In this document: positions 10,229-21,578 of the stretch, one piece after another
Layout of the letters: the number at the start of each line of letters is the position of its first letter
Numbering within the stretch: position 1 is the stretch's first letter
Assembly (NCBI GenBank): GCA_964501035.1
Contig: CAZCRK010000003.1
Location: forward strand, 1-64,000
DNA: 64,000 nt
Reading direction: 5' to 3'
Translations under genes and position numbers: made by a program
The notes under the pieces: model-generated
Seen by the model: the letters and a program-made list of their open reading frames with translations, nothing else
What the model was told of the DNA's origin: nothing
The model's database searches: none

Positions 10229-12127
10229 CTATTTTTTGTCGTCGTCAACAACCTCAAAATCTGCATCTTCAATATTTTCTGATGAATTTGCTTCATCGGT
10301 CGGTTTTGCTTCTGAAGTTGTTTCTGCTTGTGTCTGTTGATATATTTTTTCTGAAATACTCGACCATGCTGAATTCAATTCCTCCATAGCTGATTTTATT
10401 TCTTCAACATTAGTGCCACTATTCGCATTTTTCAACTTTTCAACACTTTCAGTAATTGGCGCTTTATCTTCGTCTGTTAACTTATCACCTAACTCTGAAA
10501 TTTGTTTTTCAGTTTGATACACCAATTGTTCTGCAGAATTATGAATCTCTACAGATTCTTTCTTCTCTGCATCTTCTTTTTCATGCTCCTCAGCATCCTG
10601 TTTCATTTTATTGATTTCTGCATCACTTAATCCACTTGATGCTTCAATGCGGATTGATTGTTCTTTTCCTGTTGCTTTATCTGAAGCTGAAACATTCAAT
10701 ATTCCATTAGCATCAATATCAAATGTAACTTCAATTTGTGGTATTCCACGTTGCGCAGGTGGAATCCCATCTAAATGAAATTTACCCAAAGATTTATTAT
10801 CAACAGCCATTTGTCTTTCACCTTGTAGAACATGAATTTCTACAGAAGGTTGATTGTCGGCAGCAGTCGAAAATATTTGACTTTTCTTTGCTGGAATCGT
10901 TGTATTTGATTCAATTAATCTAGTAAAAACACCACCTAATGTTTCTAATCCAAGTGATAATGGTGTAACATCTAGTAATAGTATATCATCAACTTCTCCA
11001 CCTAACACACCACCCTGAATAGCTGCTCCTATTGCAACTACTTCATCCGGATTTACACCTTTATTTGGCTCTTTGTTAAAGATACTTTTTACAATTTCTT
11101 GCACTTTTGGTATTCTTGTAGAACCACCAACTAAAATCACTTCATTAATATCGGAAGATTTCAATCCAGCATCTTTTAATGCTTTTTCGCAAGGTGTTTT
11201 TGTTCTTTGTACTAATTTTTCAGTTAACTGATCAAATTTTGCACGTGTTAAAGTAACGTTAAAATGTCTTGGTCCTGAAGAATCAGCAGTAATAAAAGGT
11301 AAATTTATTTCTGTTTGTTTTGAAGATGATAGCTCACACTTAGATTTTTCTGCCGCCTCTCTAAGTCTTTGTAAAGCCATTGCATCTTTACTTAAGTCTA
11401 TGCTGTCAGTTTTTTTGAACTCTTCAACTAACCAATTCACAATATATTGATCAAAGTCATCACCACCCAAGTGAGTATCTCCATTGGTTGACAAAACTTC
11501 AAAAACACCATCACCAATTTCTAAAATAGAAACATCAAATGTTCCACCACCTAAATCAAAAACTGCAATTTTTTCTTCTGTTTTTTTATCTAATCCATAC
11601 GCTAATGCTGCAGCAGTTGGTTCATTAATAATTCTACGTACATTAAATCCTGCAATTTTACCTGCATCCTTAGTAGCTTGTCTTTGAGAATCATTAAAAT
11701 ATGCAGGGACTGTAATCACTGCATCTGTAACTTTTTCTCCTAAATATTCTTCAGCAGTCTGCTTAATTTTTTGCAATACCATTGCACTTATTTGTGGTGG
11801 TGCATATTCATTATCTTTGGTTTTAAACTTTACTTCACCGTTTGAACCTTTTTTTATTTCATAGGGCATTTCAGAAATTTCTTCACCCACTTCGTCATAC
11901 ATTCTTCCAACAAATCTTTTTGATGAGGAAATTGTAAACTGAGGATTTGTTACTGCTTGCCTTTTCGCAGGTTGACCAATAATCGTCTCGCCATCTTTTG
12001 TAAATGCAACTACAGATGGAGTAGTTCTTCCACCTTCGCTATTTGTGATTACTGTGGGACTACCACCTTCCATAACGGCAACACATGAATTTGTAGTACC
12101 TAAATCAATACCTATAATTTTACCCAT
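10229..12127 (-). CDS. dnaK: Chaperone DnaK (Hsp70)
   Basis: [34 protein letters not shown]. Confidence 0.99.
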   Translation of the reverse strand: MGKIIGIDLGTTNSCVAVMEGGSPTVITNSEGGRTTPSVVAFTKDGETIIGQPAKRQAVTNPQFTISSSKRFVGRMYDEVGEEISEMPYEIKKGSNGEVKFKTKDNEYAPPQISAMVLQKIKQTAEEYLGEKVTDAVITVPAYFNDSQRQATKDAGKIAGFNVRRIINEPTAAALAYGLDKKTEEKIAVFDLGGGTFDVSILEIGDGVFEVLSTNGDTHLGGDDFDQYIVNWLVEEFKKTDSIDLSKDAMALQRLREAAEKSKCELSSSKQTEINLPFITADSSGPRHFNVTLTRAKFDQLTEKLVQRTKTPCEKALKDAGLKSSDINEVILVGGSTRIPKVQEIVKSIFNKEPNKGVNPDEVVAIGAAIQGGVLGGEVDDILLLDVTPLSLGLETLGGVFTRLIESNTTIPAKKSQIFSTAADNQPSVEIHVLQGERQMAVDNKSLGKFHLDGIPPAQRGIPQIEVTFDIDANGILNVSASDKATGKEQSIRIEASSGLSDAEINKMKQDAEEHEKEDAEKKESVEIHNSAEQLVYQTEKQISELGDKLTDEDKAPITESVEKLKNANSGTNVEEIKSAMEELNSAWSSISEKIYQQTQAETTSEAKPTDEANSSENIEDADFEVVDDDKK

Positions 12128-12176
12128 TTCTTAAACTCTCCAATTAATAATTAAATTTAAATAATACACCATAAGT

Positions 12177-12217
12177 CGCAAGAATTATGCCGTAAGACAT
12201 GAGTTGCCAATATGTCA
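12177..12217 (-). promoter_or_regulatory. Putative sigma54 (-24/-12) promoter plus an adjacent TGnCA-N3-TGnCA near-palindrome upstream of dnaK
   Basis: Minus strand cGGCATAATTCTTGCg (GG-N10-GC) at 12177-12192; TGACATATTGGCA at 12205-12217. Confidence 0.55.
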
Positions 12218-12251
12218 GATAATAGAAATGGTTATTTTTAGACTGTTTAGT

Positions 12252-14696
12252 TTACTTTACTTTAAGTGGCTTCTTTTTGGATTTCGATTTTTGAGTAAAA
12301 ATTAATTTGTTTGATTTTGCCTTTACAGTAATAGTAGCATCGTTATGAAATTTCCCTTGTAAAAATAAGGATGCAATTTCATTTTCAATCTCATTTTGAA
12401 TTAACCTCCTTAAAGGTCTTGCTCCCCACTCTCTATGGCTACCATCTGCCAATAAAGCTTTTTTAGCAGTATTAGTGACTATTAATGAATTATTTTTTTT
12501 CTTTAAGTTTTCTGTCAAATCACTTAATTGCAATTTAATAATCTCAAACAAATCATCTTGTGATAGTGAGTTAAACACGATAATATCATCAATTCTATTT
12601 AAAAATTCAGGTTTAAAATATTTTTTCATATTTTTAACTATATCGTGTTTAAAATCGTTATCACTTTCTTCTTGCTTATTAAAGCCAAACTTAGAAGAAC
12701 TTATTTGACTTGTACCAATATTGGAAGTCATAATAATTATTGTGTTTCTAAAGTCTATCATCCTTCCTAAGCTATCAGTTATACGTCCTTCATCAAGTAT
12801 TTGTAGCAAAATATTAAAAACATCACTATGAGCTTTCTCAATCTCATCAAATAAAACAATGGAGTAAGGATTTCTACGAACCTTTTCTGTTAACTGGCCG
12901 CCTTCTTCATACCCAACATAACCGGGGGGAGCACCAATTAAACGAGAAACATTATATCTTTCCATATATTCAGACATATCAATTTTTATCAATGAATCTT
13001 CGCGATCAAACAAATAATGAGCTAGAACTTTAGCTAATTCAGTTTTGCCAACTCCTGTTGGACCTAAAAACATGAATGATCCAATTGGATGTTTTGGATT
13101 TTTCAATCCTGATCTTGATCTTTTAATTGATAAGGATAATTTATCAATCGCTTCATGTTGACCAATAATGTTTTTGTTAAGTTCGTTATCAATGTTAAGT
13201 AATTTTTGACTTTCTGTTTTAGCGATTTTATTCAATGGTATATTGGTGATCATGGAAACAATATCTGCAACATCTTCAGCACTTATTATAGGACGTGATT
13301 TGTATTCGGAATTTGACCAATCTAATTGCAATTCTTTCAATTTAAAAATCAATTTTCGTTCTTTGTCTCTTAGCAAAGCTGCATTTTCAAATTTTTGTTG
13401 AGAGATTACATTTTCTTTTGTTTTTCTAATTTTATGAATTTGCTTTTCGAGTTTTAAAATAGAATTAGGCACATTGATATTGTTTATGTGTATTCTAGAA
13501 CCCACTTCGTCCATAATATCAATCGCCTTGTCAGGTAAAAACTTATCCGTAATATACCTTTCACTTAATTCAACACATGCTGTAATAGCTGCATCTGAAT
13601 AACTAACTTGGTGATGATTTTCGTATCTCTCTCTAATTCCTTTTAAAATTTGAATAGTATCACTAATGGATGGTTGGTCAACTAAGATTTTTTGAAATCT
13701 TCTTTCTAATGCACCATCTTTTTCAATATATTTTCTGTACTCATTTAAAGTTGTTGCTCCAATGATTTGAATTTCACCTCGTGCGAGTGCAGGTTTAAAC
13801 AAATTTGCAGCATCTAAGGAACCTGTCGCTCCACCAGCTCCTACAATAGTATGTAATTCATCGATAAATACAATTATGTCTGAAGCAGACTCTAATTCTA
13901 ACATTAACGTTCGCATTCGTTCTTCAAATTGCCCTCGATATTTTGTTCCAGCGATTAAACCAGCTAAATCTAAAACAAGAACTCTTTGACCCCAAAGTAA
14001 TCTTGGTACTTGTTTGCTATGTATTCGTAAAGCTAAGCCTTCAACAATGGCAGTTTTACCAACACCAGGTTCACCAATAAGCACTGGATTATTCTTTTTT
14101 CTGCGACTTAACACTTGTGCCACTCTATCAATTTCAACAGTTCTGCCTATAACTGGATCAATTTTATTTTCTTCAACCATGAGTGAAATATCTCGGCTAA
14201 ACATATCTAAAGTAGGAGTTGGAGACTTCTTTTCTTTTCTTTTTGGAACATTTTTTTTGGTCTTAGTTGTTGAAGATTGAAGGTACGACTTTAGCAAGTC
14301 ATAATCAAGAGAATATGCCTGAAATATCTCACTAGCAAGTCCATCAGTTTCACTAGACAGGGCTAACAACATATGTACTTGAGTTGCTACTTCTAAGTCC
14401 ATTTTTTGTGCTTCAGAATACGTAGTTCTTAAAATTCTTTCTGCACGACGGGTTAAAGGTAAATGCCCCAAGGTCATTGTGCCACCACTTGGTTTAGTCA
14501 TTTCTTCAATCATTACTTTCATTTCTTGAAGATCACAACCAATCGAAACAAGTATTTTAGAAGCCTTACCTTTATCATCATGAATTATACCAAGCAACAA
14601 ATGCTCAGAGCCTACATAACTATGTCCAAGTCTGACAGCTTCTTCTTTAGCATATTTAAGTATGTTTTGTACACCTTTAGAAAAATTTTCTTTCAT
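12252..14696 (-). CDS. clpC: ATP-dependent Clp protease ATP-binding subunit ClpC
   Basis: Clp N domain, [11 protein letters not shown]-like segment (FENAALLRD), GPTGVGKTE. Confidence 0.95.
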   Translation of the reverse strand: MKENFSKGVQNILKYAKEEAVRLGHSYVGSEHLLLGIIHDDKGKASKILVSIGCDLQEMKVMIEEMTKPSGGTMTLGHLPLTRRAERILRTTYSEAQKMDLEVATQVHMLLALSSETDGLASEIFQAYSLDYDLLKSYLQSSTTKTKKNVPKRKEKKSPTPTLDMFSRDISLMVEENKIDPVIGRTVEIDRVAQVLSRRKKNNPVLIGEPGVGKTAIVEGLALRIHSKQVPRLLWGQRVLVLDLAGLIAGTKYRGQFEERMRTLMLELESASDIIVFIDELHTIVGAGGATGSLDAANLFKPALARGEIQIIGATTLNEYRKYIEKDGALERRFQKILVDQPSISDTIQILKGIRERYENHHQVSYSDAAITACVELSERYITDKFLPDKAIDIMDEVGSRIHINNINVPNSILKLEKQIHKIRKTKENVISQQKFENAALLRDKERKLIFKLKELQLDWSNSEYKSRPIISAEDVADIVSMITNIPLNKIAKTESQKLLNIDNELNKNIIGQHEAIDKLSLSIKRSRSGLKNPKHPIGSFMFLGPTGVGKTELAKVLAHYLFDREDSLIKIDMSEYMERYNVSRLIGAPPGYVGYEEGGQLTEKVRRNPYSIVLFDEIEKAHSDVFNILLQILDEGRITDSLGRMIDFRNTIIIMTSNIGTSQISSSKFGFNKQEESDNDFKHDIVKNMKKYFKPEFLNRIDDIIVFNSLSQDDLFEIIKLQLSDLTENLKKKNNSLIVTNTAKKALLADGSHREWGARPLRRLIQNEIENEIASLFLQGKFHNDATITVKAKSNKLIFTQKSKSKKKPLKVK

Positions 14697-14705
14697 AATA
14701 TTCTC

Positions 14706-15371
14706 TTATTTAGTTAAAGTGCCCTTGTCTAAAATTAATGATCTATTTGATATTTTACCAATATTATCATCGTGTGTCGCAATAATAAATGTTTGATTAA
14801 ATTTTTTATTCATTTCTTCAAATAATTCTAGTAATAGCTTGCTATTTTCAGTGTCTAAATTCCCAGTCGGCTCATCTGCTAAAACAATTGAAGGTTTATT
14901 TATAATGGCTCTTAACACTGCAACTCTTTGTTTTTCTCCTCCAGAAATCTGATCAGGATAATGATTCTTTCTTTTTAACATTCCTACAGTTTTTAACAAA
15001 TTTGAAGCATTTAAATTAGCTTCTTCATTATCAATCTTTAACAACATTTGAGGAATTAATAGATTTTCCAAAACAGTAAACTCAGGAAGCAAGTGATGAA
15101 ACTGAAAAACAAATCCAAGATTAACTCTTCGTACCAATGCATTATCCAAGTTTGATTTCACATCGATATTGTTTATAGTTAAACTTCCTGAATCAAATGT
15201 ATCAAGCGTACCGAGTACATTTAAAAGAGTTGATTTCCCTGCACCAGATGGCCCATAAATTGAGACAATTTCACCCTGACTTACATTTAATGAAACTGAG
15301 GAAAGTACATGTACATCTTCGACATCTGTTTTATATGTTTTTCTAATTTTGTCTGCAACTAATACACTCAT
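14706..15371 (-). CDS. lolD: Lipoprotein-releasing ABC transporter ATPase
   Basis: GPSGAGKST, GFVFQFHHLLPEFT, LADEPTGNLD; next to two LolC/E permeases. Confidence 0.9.
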   Translation of the reverse strand: MSVLVADKIRKTYKTDVEDVHVLSSVSLNVSQGEIVSIYGPSGAGKSTLLNVLGTLDTFDSGSLTINNIDVKSNLDNALVRRVNLGFVFQFHHLLPEFTVLENLLIPQMLLKIDNEEANLNASNLLKTVGMLKRKNHYPDQISGGEKQRVAVLRAIINKPSIVLADEPTGNLDTENSKLLLELFEEMNKKFNQTFIIATHDDNIGKISNRSLILDKGTLTK

Positions 15372-16537
15372 TATGAATTTTCAACTGCCTTTACAATTTG
15401 TAGTTTTTTAATCATGCTAGCAGGATATATCGAGCTAACAATCATGATTAAACATGTAAATACTGTAATTAAAATACAACTTTTATAAGTTAATATTAAT
15501 GGAAATTCATCAAATGGAAAACCTGCAATCAAATAAACTAATATATCGTATTTGAGATTGACAAAAATAAATAAATTGGCAATAAACAAGCCAATTAATG
15601 AACCTAATAATGCAGTAGTTATACTTTGATAATAAAATATTTTTGATATATTGCTTGATGTAAATCCAAACGTACGTAAAATACCAATTTCTTTTCTTTT
15701 GTGAATAGTTGCCATGCTCATCATCGTAAGAAGGGAAAAGGAAGATATCACCACTATAAGGAATCCAAATATACTATATGCTACTTTTTCTAATTTCATT
15801 GCATTTATAAATTCAGAATTATCAGCTTCCCATTCTTTGTAAATAAAATTATTTACTTCTGAATTTACTATTCTTTTCTGTTTCTCAGTTAACTTGTTAT
15901 GAAGTTTGAGATTGAAAGAATGTGCATTTGGAAACAAATTTATTGCATTGGAATATGGAATAAAGGCTGAATTATTTTCATATTCTTTCACATCATGTTC
16001 AAAAATGCCTACAATTTCAAATTTCTCCTTTGTAGGGGTAGATGTTGCTATGTTTAGATCAAGAGGTGATATCAGATAAATATCATCACCCAAAAATGCT
16101 CCTAATTTGTATGAAAGATTAGCACCAATAATTATTGTGTTTGCTGTAAACATTTCAGGTTTAAAATCTCGGTCTAAAAAATCTTTTAGAAAGAACGATG
16201 GTGAATCAACACCTAAAATAGTTACCATTCTATATCCATCACCTGAATGCAAAATTGTATTTCGCGTAACTGTTTTTATATTTTCAATTTCAATTTCATC
16301 TAGAACTAATTCAACTTCATTAATTTCATTCTTATCAACTTCCAAATATGCTGGAGAAGAAAATGTGTAAATACTTCTAAATATTTTTGATTCTAAACCT
16401 TCCATAATTGAAATTGTCAATGCTACAATTAAAGTACCAATAATTACACCGAATAAAGGGAATAACACACCCCACTTAAAGCTATTCCTTCCACCCTTAC
16501 GAGTTATAAAACGCCAAATTAATTTTTTATCATTCAT
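15371..16537 (-). CDS. LolC/E-family ABC permease
   Basis: FtsX/MacB 4-TM layout, AMKLEK, KRKEIGILRTFG. Confidence 0.85.
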   Translation of the reverse strand: MNDKKLIWRFITRKGGRNSFKWGVLFPLFGVIIGTLIVALTISIMEGLESKIFRSIYTFSSPAYLEVDKNEINEVELVLDEIEIENIKTVTRNTILHSGDGYRMVTILGVDSPSFFLKDFLDRDFKPEMFTANTIIIGANLSYKLGAFLGDDIYLISPLDLNIATSTPTKEKFEIVGIFEHDVKEYENNSAFIPYSNAINLFPNAHSFNLKLHNKLTEKQKRIVNSEVNNFIYKEWEADNSEFINAMKLEKVAYSIFGFLIVVISSFSLLTMMSMATIHKRKEIGILRTFGFTSSNISKIFYYQSITTALLGSLIGLFIANLFIFVNLKYDILVYLIAGFPFDEFPLILTYKSCILITVFTCLIMIVSSIYPASMIKKLQIVKAVENS

Positions 16538-17741
16538 AAGTAACCGCTACGGAAGGATTAATATTTGAAGCTCTCTTGGATGGTATCAAGGCAAACAGCA
16601 TTACTGTAGAGATAGTTATTATTGAAACAATAAGAAAATCAAAAGCATCAACTTTAACAGGTAAATATGACATAAAATAAATTGTAGAAGGTATTTCAAT
16701 TATGTGAAATTGTTTTTGTAGAAATAAAATACAAGCACCAAAGAAACATCCTCCTGCTGAACCGATAACACCAATTATCAAGCTTTTCATTTGAAAAATA
16801 TTCAGAATATCTTTGTCGGTAAACCCAATACTTTTTAGAATTCCAATTTCTCTTGTTTTGCTAGATATATTCATCCACAGGGTTGCTGCAATATTAAAAA
16901 TAGCAATAACTGTTATAAATAACATTAACAATTTTATTGGTACATCGTAGATTTTTAACCATGAAATTAACTGGTAGTGCCTATCTTTCCACGTAGTAAT
17001 TTGCACATTTGAAGGGAGAGTGGTTGATAACAAATTTGAAATCTGATCAAGATTTTCATTTTCGTGTAAAGTTGAAATCAAACCAGTATACCCAGAATAA
17101 TCAAATAGATTTTGAGCTTTTTTATTTGTAATAAAAACAGGTAACTTATCATATTCTGGAAATCCTGTTGAGAAAATTCCACTTATAACAAATTTATCTG
17201 CTTTTATTGAATTATGTGAGATTACATTATTTAGGTTTATTAGAATTATTTCATCTCCAATGACCGTTTCTAGAGATTTAGCTAACTCTTCACCAAGTAT
17301 AATCGAATTAATATTTTTGAGTTTACTTTCACCTTTTATTATGAATTGATCAAAATGAAACACATTAGTAACTTGGTTATTTTCAACTCCATAGATTAGT
17401 ACACCATCGGTTTTTGATTTGATTCGAATCATACCATGGGATTCAATATAGGGGGAAAATTTTGATTGAATATCTAAATCAGCAATTTTAGTTCGCAACT
17501 CAGAAACAGTTTTGGTGGAAATTTCATTTTGAAAGATATTTGTTATTCGAATATGTCCATCTATATTTGAAAGCTTTTTTTCAATACTAGCATTAAATCC
17601 ACGTGTAACCGAAGAAATAATAATAATAGATGAAACACCCAATATTAATCCAAATATACTTAAATACGTCGAAAATGTAAAAAAACTAAATTTACTTCTG
17701 CTTTTAAGTAATCTAATTGCAATTAGAAAATTTGTTTTCAC
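16530..17741 (-). CDS. LolC/E-family ABC permease
   Basis: SVTRGF, SGIFSTGFPEYD, KTREIGILKSIG, YFMSYLPV. Confidence 0.87.
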   Translation of the reverse strand: MKTNFLIAIRLLKSRSKFSFFTFSTYLSIFGLILGVSSIIIISSVTRGFNASIEKKLSNIDGHIRITNIFQNEISTKTVSELRTKIADLDIQSKFSPYIESHGMIRIKSKTDGVLIYGVENNQVTNVFHFDQFIIKGESKLKNINSIILGEELAKSLETVIGDEIILINLNNVISHNSIKADKFVISGIFSTGFPEYDKLPVFITNKKAQNLFDYSGYTGLISTLHENENLDQISNLLSTTLPSNVQITTWKDRHYQLISWLKIYDVPIKLLMLFITVIAIFNIAATLWMNISSKTREIGILKSIGFTDKDILNIFQMKSLIIGVIGSAGGCFFGACILFLQKQFHIIEIPSTIYFMSYLPVKVDAFDFLIVSIITISTVMLFALIPSKRASNINPSVAVTYE

Positions 17742-19231
17742 ATGTTTTCTGGCCGCATTGCTGGAAATAATAAAACATCTTTAATAGAACTTTGTCCTGT
17801 AAACAACATTATCAATCTATCAATTCCAATGCCAACTCCACCTGTTGGAGGCATACCAGTTTCAATAGCCTGTAAAAAACTTTCATCAACAACTTGAGCT
17901 TCTTCATCACCTAAATCTCTGAGCTTTGCTTGACTTTCTAATCTTTTTCTTTGCTCGATAGGATCATTTAATTCTGAAAATGCATTCGCAAATTCCATTC
18001 CACAAATAAATAGTTCAAATCGTTCTACTAAATTCCCATCTGAATTACGTTTTTCTTTTGCTAGAGGTGAAATCTCCTTAGGGTAATCGGTAACGAATGT
18101 AGGTTGGATTAAAAAAGGTTCAACAACTTCACTAAATATTGCATCAAGTAGTTGACCATAATTCATATTTGATTCAACTTTAATATTTTTTGATTTAGCT
18201 AATTTGAACAAATCATGCTTCTCATAATCATCAATTTTCTCTCCCAATTTCTCTTCTAAAAGTGAGAAAATACTTCGTTGTGCAAATTTGGAGTTAAAAT
18301 TTATTTTATGTTCTAAATAATGTAATGTTTTAATTTTTAAAGTACTTGCAATATTCTTAATTAATTCCTCAGTTAAATCCATCATATCATTAACATCTTT
18401 GTATGCTTCATAAAATTCAAGAGATGTATATTCAGGATTATGACTTCTATCCATACCTTCATTTCGGAAATTTTTTGCTAATTCATACACTTTTTCAAAT
18501 CCACCAACTATTAATTTCTTTAGATATAATTCATCTGCAATACGCAAATAAAGATCTTGATTTAGTGTATTATGATGCGTTTTAAATGGTCTTGCTGAAG
18601 CCCCACCATAAATCGGCTGTAAAACTGGAGTTTCAACTTCAATAAAACCTTTATCATCGAGATACAATCTGATTGATGAAATAATTTTAGCTCTATCAAT
18701 AAAAATTTGTTTTGTTTCAGGATTTGCAATAAAGTCTAAATATCGATGACGATATCGTAATTCTTTATCATCAAAAGAATTAAAAGCTTCACCATCTTTT
18801 TCTTTCAAGTTTGGCAAGGGTCTAATATTTTTCGATAAGATAGTAAGTGCCGAAGTCTTTACTGAAAGTTCACCCATTTTTGTAACAAACATTTTTCCAA
18901 CAATTCCAACAATATCACCTAAATCTAATTTTTTAAACAAATTATCATACAAACTTTCTTCAAGACTATCTTTTCTAACATAACATTGAATTTTACCCGA
19001 TGAATCTTGAATATGAATAAAACTAGCTTTACCCATTTTACGTATCGACACTATTCTTCCAGCAATTGAAACTTCTGTATCTATACTATCTTCACTGTTA
19101 TTGATAAGTTCTTTAATAGCAAATGTTTTGTTAAATCCATACGGATATGGGTCATAACCATTTGCTCTTATACTTTCAAGTTTTTCTAGTCTAAAATCAA
19201 TAATTTGTTGCAAACTTTTATGCTTATCCAT
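17738..19231 (-). CDS. lysS: Lysine--tRNA ligase (class II)
   Basis: RYRHRYLD, EVETPVL, FRNEGMDRSHNPE, GMPPTGGVGIGIDRL. Confidence 0.98.
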   Translation of the reverse strand: MDKHKSLQQIIDFRLEKLESIRANGYDPYPYGFNKTFAIKELINNSEDSIDTEVSIAGRIVSIRKMGKASFIHIQDSSGKIQCYVRKDSLEESLYDNLFKKLDLGDIVGIVGKMFVTKMGELSVKTSALTILSKNIRPLPNLKEKDGEAFNSFDDKELRYRHRYLDFIANPETKQIFIDRAKIISSIRLYLDDKGFIEVETPVLQPIYGGASARPFKTHHNTLNQDLYLRIADELYLKKLIVGGFEKVYELAKNFRNEGMDRSHNPEYTSLEFYEAYKDVNDMMDLTEELIKNIASTLKIKTLHYLEHKINFNSKFAQRSIFSLLEEKLGEKIDDYEKHDLFKLAKSKNIKVESNMNYGQLLDAIFSEVVEPFLIQPTFVTDYPKEISPLAKEKRNSDGNLVERFELFICGMEFANAFSELNDPIEQRKRLESQAKLRDLGDEEAQVVDESFLQAIETGMPPTGGVGIGIDRLIMLFTGQSSIKDVLLFPAMRPENM

Positions 19232-20337
19232 TTAGTTCATTCATCTCCAAGTTTTTTAATAAGTAGGCTCTAATAAAATTATCAATACTACCATCCATTA
19301 CAGCTTGTACGTTTGATGTTTCTTCTTTTGTTCTATGATCTTTTACAAGGTTGTAGGGATGGAAAATGTAAGACCTTATCTGACTACCCCAACCAATTTC
19401 TTTTTTTTGTCCTTCGAGTTTTTGTTGCTCAACAGCTAATTCTTCTTGCCTTTTTTGATACAATTTGGCCTTTAACATTTTCATTGCTACATTTTTATTT
19501 TTAAGTTGACTTCTTTCGTTTTGACATTGAACTACAATATTTGTTGGTGTGTGTGTAATTCGAACTGCAGAATCAGTTTTATTTATATGTTGCCCACCGG
19601 CACCACTAGCACGGTAAGTATCAATTCGAATATCTTTTTCATCTACCAAAATTTCAACATCATCATCAATCAAAGGATAAATAAATACAGAAGCAAATGA
19701 AGTATGTCTTCTTGAATTGCTATCAAAAGGTGAAATGCGAACTAACCTATGAACACCTCTTTCAGCTTTTAAATTGCCATATACAAAATCACCAGATATT
19801 TCTATACTTACATCTTTAATTCCAGCTTCATCACCTGCTTGATAGTCTAAAGTTTTCGTTTTAAAGTTGTTTTTTTCACACCACCGTAAATACAGCCTGA
19901 ACAACATACTTGCCCAATCTTGAGATTCAGTACCACCAGCCCCTGGATGTATCGTTAAAATAGCGCCTCTATGATCATCAGCTCCATTTAACATTTTCCT
20001 AACTTCAACAGTATCTGTATAACGATTAAAACTGTTGATTGCATTCATTGCTTCGTTTAAGAGAGAATTATCTTCATTTATTAGCTCAGAATACACTTCT
20101 GTATCAGAGAATTTTGAATCGAGCGAATTCCACATTTTTAACTCATTCTCAATGATACTAATATCTTGCAAAGTATTTTTAGCACATTTTGAATCGTCCC
20201 AAAAACCTGGCTCAATTGTTTTATTTTGTAAATTTTTTAAATTTTGTTTTAGGGAGGTTTTGTCAAAGGTACCCCCGAATTTCAGAGTATCTTTTTTTAG
20301 CTAATTCAAATTTATCTTTAAACTCTTGAATATCCAT
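19224..20337 (-). CDS. prfB: Peptide chain release factor 2 with programmed +1 frameshift (24 codons + 346 codons, about 370 aa)
   Basis: ATG at 20337 gives MDIQEFKDKFELAKKRYSEIRGYL then CTT-TGA-C; the +1 frame continues DKTSLKQ...PGFWDD into the ORF with SPF and GGQ motifs. Confidence 0.97.
20262..20277 (-). promoter_or_regulatory. prfB frameshift signal (internal SD plus CTT TGA C)
   Basis: Minus strand CGGGGGTAC CTT TGA C matches the canonical RF2 shift site. Confidence 0.95.
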
Positions 20338-20756
20338 TACTTATTTGCTGTTAATTGTAATCCAATTGTTGTTATATATAAAAAAGTATGAATTAATGAA
20401 TTATTACTTTTTAAATTGTAAATGAATTTTGGTTCAATTATTATGGTATAATTACTACTAATCTGTGGAAGTTGTGTATAATCTCCAGACTCCATAATTT
20501 CCTTTAGATTAATTATTTCTACTTTGTTATCTTCTGAAATTATTTTCACTTTGTTCAATTTTGCATCTGGAAGCGGACCACCCGCTTTACTTAGCAAATA
20601 AATTAAATCAAATTTTTCATTTTTAATGTCTAAGGAAACTAATCCTGGTTTTTGAACATGTCCCCATATATTTACTGACCAAATATTATTTTTTTGAGGG
20701 GAGTGAGATTCTGCAAAAACTGTACTGAATATAAGTAATAAAATTATCTTTTTCAT
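20337..20756 (-). CDS. Secreted SLBB-domain protein
   Basis: Signal peptide; VNIWGHVQKPG...LLSKAGG...AKLNKVKI. Confidence 0.75.
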   Translation of the reverse strand: MKKIILLLIFSTVFAESHSPQKNNIWSVNIWGHVQKPGLVSLDIKNEKFDLIYLLSKAGGPLPDAKLNKVKIISEDNKVEIINLKEIMESGDYTQLPQISSNYTIIIEPKFIYNLKSNNSLIHTFLYITTIGLQLTANK

Positions 20757-21578
20757 TTAGACCTCTTCCATTTTCAAATGTTGATTCTTAACTCTATCTA
20801 AGATTGTAATTGCTTTTACTGTTTCGTCAACATCATGTGTTCGTATAATGTCTGCGCCTTTTGAAGCACCTAATGAAGCTACTGCAATACTCGCAGATAA
20901 TCTATCTTTTGGAGCATCGCCATTTACCTGCAAGAAGGATTTACGTGATACACCAATCAAAATAGGATATCCTTTAGATTTTAAAATATTCAAGTTGGAA
21001 ATAATTAAATCATTGTCAATTATTCTCTTTCCAAAACCAATTCCTGGGTCAAGTATGATATTTTCTTCGGATACTCCAAGCTTTAAAGCTATCTCTATTT
21101 TAATATCAAAAAATTCCATTAATGTATCAATAACATTAATATATTTTGGATTATTTTGCATTGTAGATGGAGTATCTAGCATATGCATAATGACTATTGG
21201 CACATTATATTCCGATGCCAATTCTAACATAGAATTACTATTTCCACCACCCTTGATGTCATTTATAATATTAAATCCATTGTCTAAAGCATATCTAGCA
21301 ACTTCTGGTTTATAGCTATCAATTGAAAACAACTTAGAATTATATTTAATAACATAATCAAAAATCACTGACAATCTGTCTTTTTCAATTTCTTTATCAA
21401 CTTCTAATGCACCTGGTCGTGAAGATTCTGCACCAACATCAATAATATCAGCAGAAAGTAATGATTTGAATTTTGAACCCAAATCGTTTGGGTTTAAAAA
21501 CTGACCACCATCATAAAATGAATCAGGGGTTAAATTCAATATTCCCATTATTTTTGTATTACTACTTTGATTCAACAT
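20757..21578 (-). CDS. folP: Dihydropteroate synthase (start trimmed to ATG 21578)
   Basis: [46 protein letters not shown]. Confidence 0.96.
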   Translation of the reverse strand: MLNQSSNTKIMGILNLTPDSFYDGGQFLNPNDLGSKFKSLLSADIIDVGAESSRPGALEVDKEIEKDRLSVIFDYVIKYNSKLFSIDSYKPEVARYALDNGFNIINDIKGGGNSNSMLELASEYNVPIVIMHMLDTPSTMQNNPKYINVIDTLMEFFDIKIEIALKLGVSEENIILDPGIGFGKRIIDNDLIISNLNILKSKGYPILIGVSRKSFLQVNGDAPKDRLSASIAVASLGASKGADIIRTHDVDETVKAITILDRVKNQHLKMEEV

